Shown here: one piece after another, positions 60,970-64,000 of the stretch
How the letters are laid out: the number at the start of each line of letters is the position of its first letter
Position numbering within the stretch: the stretch's first letter is position 1
Assembly: GCA_001244265.2 (NCBI GenBank)
Contig: CDLV01000014.1
Location: 868,001-932,000 of the forward strand
Direction of reading: 5' to 3'
DNA from: Microbotryum violaceum
Lineage: Eukaryota
DNA: 64,000 nucleotides
Program-made: the position numbers and the translations under genes
The notes under the pieces: model-generated
Told to the model about the DNA's origin: nothing
What the model saw: only the letters and a program-made list of their open reading frames with translations
The model's database searches: none

Positions 60970-63257
60970 ATGGCACCTCGTCGTCGCGTCTCTAAGGGCA
61001 AGAAGGCCGTCTCTCCGTCACCACCACTAGTACCGGAGGTAGAGGAACAAGAGGATGACAGAATGCAAGTCGATGAAGCTGGTGCAGGAGATGGATCGGA
61101 TGAGAACGACGACGATGAGGTTCAAGACGACGATGATTCCGATTCGAGCGATGGCGAACCGGTCGTACCACTACTGGCCGGGCGAGAACGACGTGCGAAT
61201 GCGGGTAATCGAATGGCAGCACTGTTGGAGGATGAGGCCCAGGCGGAGGTGGAAGAGATGTTCAAGGAGGAGGAGAACGATATCGAGTTTGAGGCAAAGT
61301 GTCAGTCCGGGATGAGCTCGAGATCGGCTGCCGATGCGAAACACGATTTTCCAAGAGAGCTGACTGGGCGACGTGTATGATGACAGTTGAAGAGGATGTA
61401 TTCGATTCGGATTTCGGATCGACCGACTCGGATGCGGACCAGGAAGACGACGAAGAAGCCGGCGAACGGCAACTACAACGCGAGGCAAAGGTACGACTAC
61501 ACTGTCCTGATGCCTCGAATGGGACACAATTAACCATTTTCATACCATCACTCAGGCCGCAGCAAAGAGCAGCAACAAGAAGAAGAAGGCCAAAAAGGCC
61601 TACACGTCGTTCGCACCCGCGTTCGCTCGACAGACCAAATACCAACAAAAGGCCTCCGCCGTGGCTTCGACCTCGGCTTCGACCCTCGATGGCAATGGGA
61701 CTTCAACACCAGGAGGGGGCGTTTTGACGCCTGAACTCTCGAATAGGAACAAGCGCCGAAGAGGCTGGCCTGATGGGATCGATCCGGCGTTCTTGATCCC
61801 TCAGCGCGAAAGCTCGAGGCGATCGGCTGTCGCTTTCAAGGAGAGCGTCGAGGAGAGGCTGAAGGAGTCTGAAGAGCGGAGGGTCAGTACTAGGGTTTTG
61901 AAAAATCTCGATCCTTGTTTGATCTCTTTATTCATCCACTATTACCTGCGCTACTAACCAGGCCACGCTGCCCAAGCCATCCAAAAAGACCCAGCAAAAC
62001 CTCACCCAAGCCGACCTGATCGCCGAAGCGCTCGAAACGGAAGAGATCAACCGAGCCTCCCTCCTCGCTTTCTACGCCGCCGAAGAAGACCGTCGTGCGG
62101 CCGAACGTGTGATTGGACAGCGTTACGAGATCATTGGACCCAAGCTGATCGATTTGAGTCGGCGCGAAGGAGAACTCGAGGCGCCGAATTCACCGGGGAA
62201 ACGAAAGGGAAAGGGGCGAGCGATCGATGGTGGGGCTACGACGGTGCGGTCTGGAGAAAGTGGGAGGCGGAGATTGATTGAGGTGTTGGGTGAGGCTGGG
62301 AAAGCGGGTTGGAAGCCTGGGGAGGCGGAAGGGTTGAAGGCCGCGCAAGAGGCGGCGGAGAAGGAAGGGACAACGATGGACAAAACCCGGCAAATCCTCT
62401 CGCCGGACAAAGGGGTCAAGTCCGCAGACATGTGCGGAACAGATAAAGATACACCGCCTGTACCAGATGACAAGGTCGAGCCTCAACCATCAGCGGAGAC
62501 AAAGATGGAAGTGCTCGATCCACCGACCGTGCCGATCATGACGGAAGCAAACGGAGTCGTCTCGATCATATCGGCGGCCCCCAACGCAGGACCAATGGTC
62601 ACACCAGCTCCGGACCCCGTCGTCGCGGCTCCCTACTTCGCTCGGAACTATCTCATCTTTGACGAGTTCGTTGGTGCCACGGTCGGAGACGAGATGGAAG
62701 CGCTGTTTGGCGATCATTGCGATTGGGATACAGCCAAATCGGTGACGCTTGAATCCAGTCAGTCTGCATAGCCTACTTCACCCACGGCATCCCCTTTCAT
62801 CGCTCATCTGATCTGTTCATCCCGTTCATCTCCCTCAGATCGTCGTCCCAAGATTTGCCCCATCACTGGCCTGTCAGCCAAATACCGTGATCCACGCACC
62901 ATGACCCCGTACGCCAATAAATACGCCTACGACGTCCTAACTCAACTCCTCTCTTCAACCAAGACCGCAGAAAGGGCCGGGGATACGAAGCCCGTTTTTT
63001 CATGGAACGAGACGCTGGGTGCTTATTCGGGCGTCATCGCTTTGGGCAAGTTGCACGTCGATGTGGGGCCGAACGCAGGTGCTCTCGCTCCGATCGTTGG
63101 GACGATTGAGAAAGATCCCCTTACCTTGGACGAGCAAAGTAGCGTCCGAGCTACCCAGATATCCACTTCGACGGGTCCTGCTAAAATTCCGAGAACGAGC
63201 ACAGGGTACATGGGTGTTGGAGGAAGGAACGCCAAGAAGAGGGAGGATAACGAATAG
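60970..63257 (+). CDS. VPS72: SWR1 complex subunit Vps72/YL1
   Basis: RERRANAGNRMAALL, EEDVFDSDFGSTD and LTQADLIAEALETEEINRASL; YL1_C motif CPITGLSAKYRDPRTMTPYAN. Confidence 0.9.
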
Positions 63258-63896
63258 TCGCTCGGGACTTGTGTAGCGAATTTGGAATAAACGTTCATAC
63301 CCCACACGTTCACAAACAAAGAAATTGCATCGCATCTTATTTCACGACAATTAGTAGGGAGTCTTTCCAGTGTACAAGCAAGGTTGTCTTGTAGGGGTGG
63401 CAAGGTCGTCCAGGTCGATTTCGTCTAAGAGAGAGTCACGCCAAGTCCAACATCCAATCTTGCAGTTTCCTTCCGAAGTTGCCACGATGATCAAGCTCGC
63501 TTTTTGTTGGACGCGGCTGTGCCAGCTTTGTTACCGGCGAAGAGCGAGTAGGCGACGAAGGCGGCTGTGTGTAATCAAAAGACAAAAGTGGGGTGAGTTG
63601 ACTGACTCACGTGATCCGCATGAAGGGCCGAGGAGCGGACTCACCAAAGATGACCCCGATGATGACCGCGTTGTCTGAAGGAGGGAAAGTTTAGAATTAG
63701 AGCGGTCGTTAGTATCGTATACATCGGACAAGTCAGAGCGAAGAGCCTAGATCTACGTCATCGCTCGCTCCCCGCTCCTCCTTCCCCCACTCGCCTCCCT
63801 TTCCTCTCAAGGGGTACCTTTCGTCCCACTGGCAGCAGGCACTCACGCATCAAGAACGACACCACATCCTTAGCCAAACCCGCGATTCGTTCTACG

Positions 63897-64000
63897 ATGG
63901 AGACGATAAAATGCAAGATGTGTTGCACCAACGCAAGGATGGAGGTGATGATGCCTTTGAAGAAGGAGAAGATGGAGTTGACGAAGTCGCCGACGGCGTG
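63897..64000 (+). CDS. Possible 5' end of a gene running off the window
   Basis: ATG after a pyrimidine-rich leader; acidic frame open to the window end (MGDDKMQDVLHQRKDGGDDAFEEGED). Confidence 0.35.
   Translation, partial: METIKCKMCCTNARMEVMMPLKKEKMELTKSPTA

Overview
Intron-rich, GC-rich fungal DNA. Short GT-AG introns with CTRAC branch points and the protein styles suggest a basidiomycete, probably Pucciniomycotina/Microbotryomycetes (inference). The left ~26 kb is accessory and TE-rich. It holds two decayed gene copies (AlkB-type and BTB-type), a two-gene CACTA/CMC transposon and an OPT transporter. It also holds a nested stack: an intron-containing SF3B1 fragment is split exactly by a near full-length L1/Tx1-like LINE, and next to it lies an internally deleted Mutator (MULE) element whose right TIR is split by a second, 5'-truncated LINE. 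The right part is mostly housekeeping genes (peroxisomal thiolase, TSC1, SPT16, FG nucleoporin, Spp2-type G-patch, RRP3, an AP_endonuc_2-fold enzyme, long-chain acyl-CoA synthetase, VPS72), interrupted by two back-to-back non-autonomous Helitrons. Many reading frames are broken only by single-base slips in homopolymers, which looks like long-read consensus error, so several apparent pseudogenes and TEs may be intact. No tRNA, rRNA or CRISPR was recognised. All family assignments come from motif recognition, not database searches.
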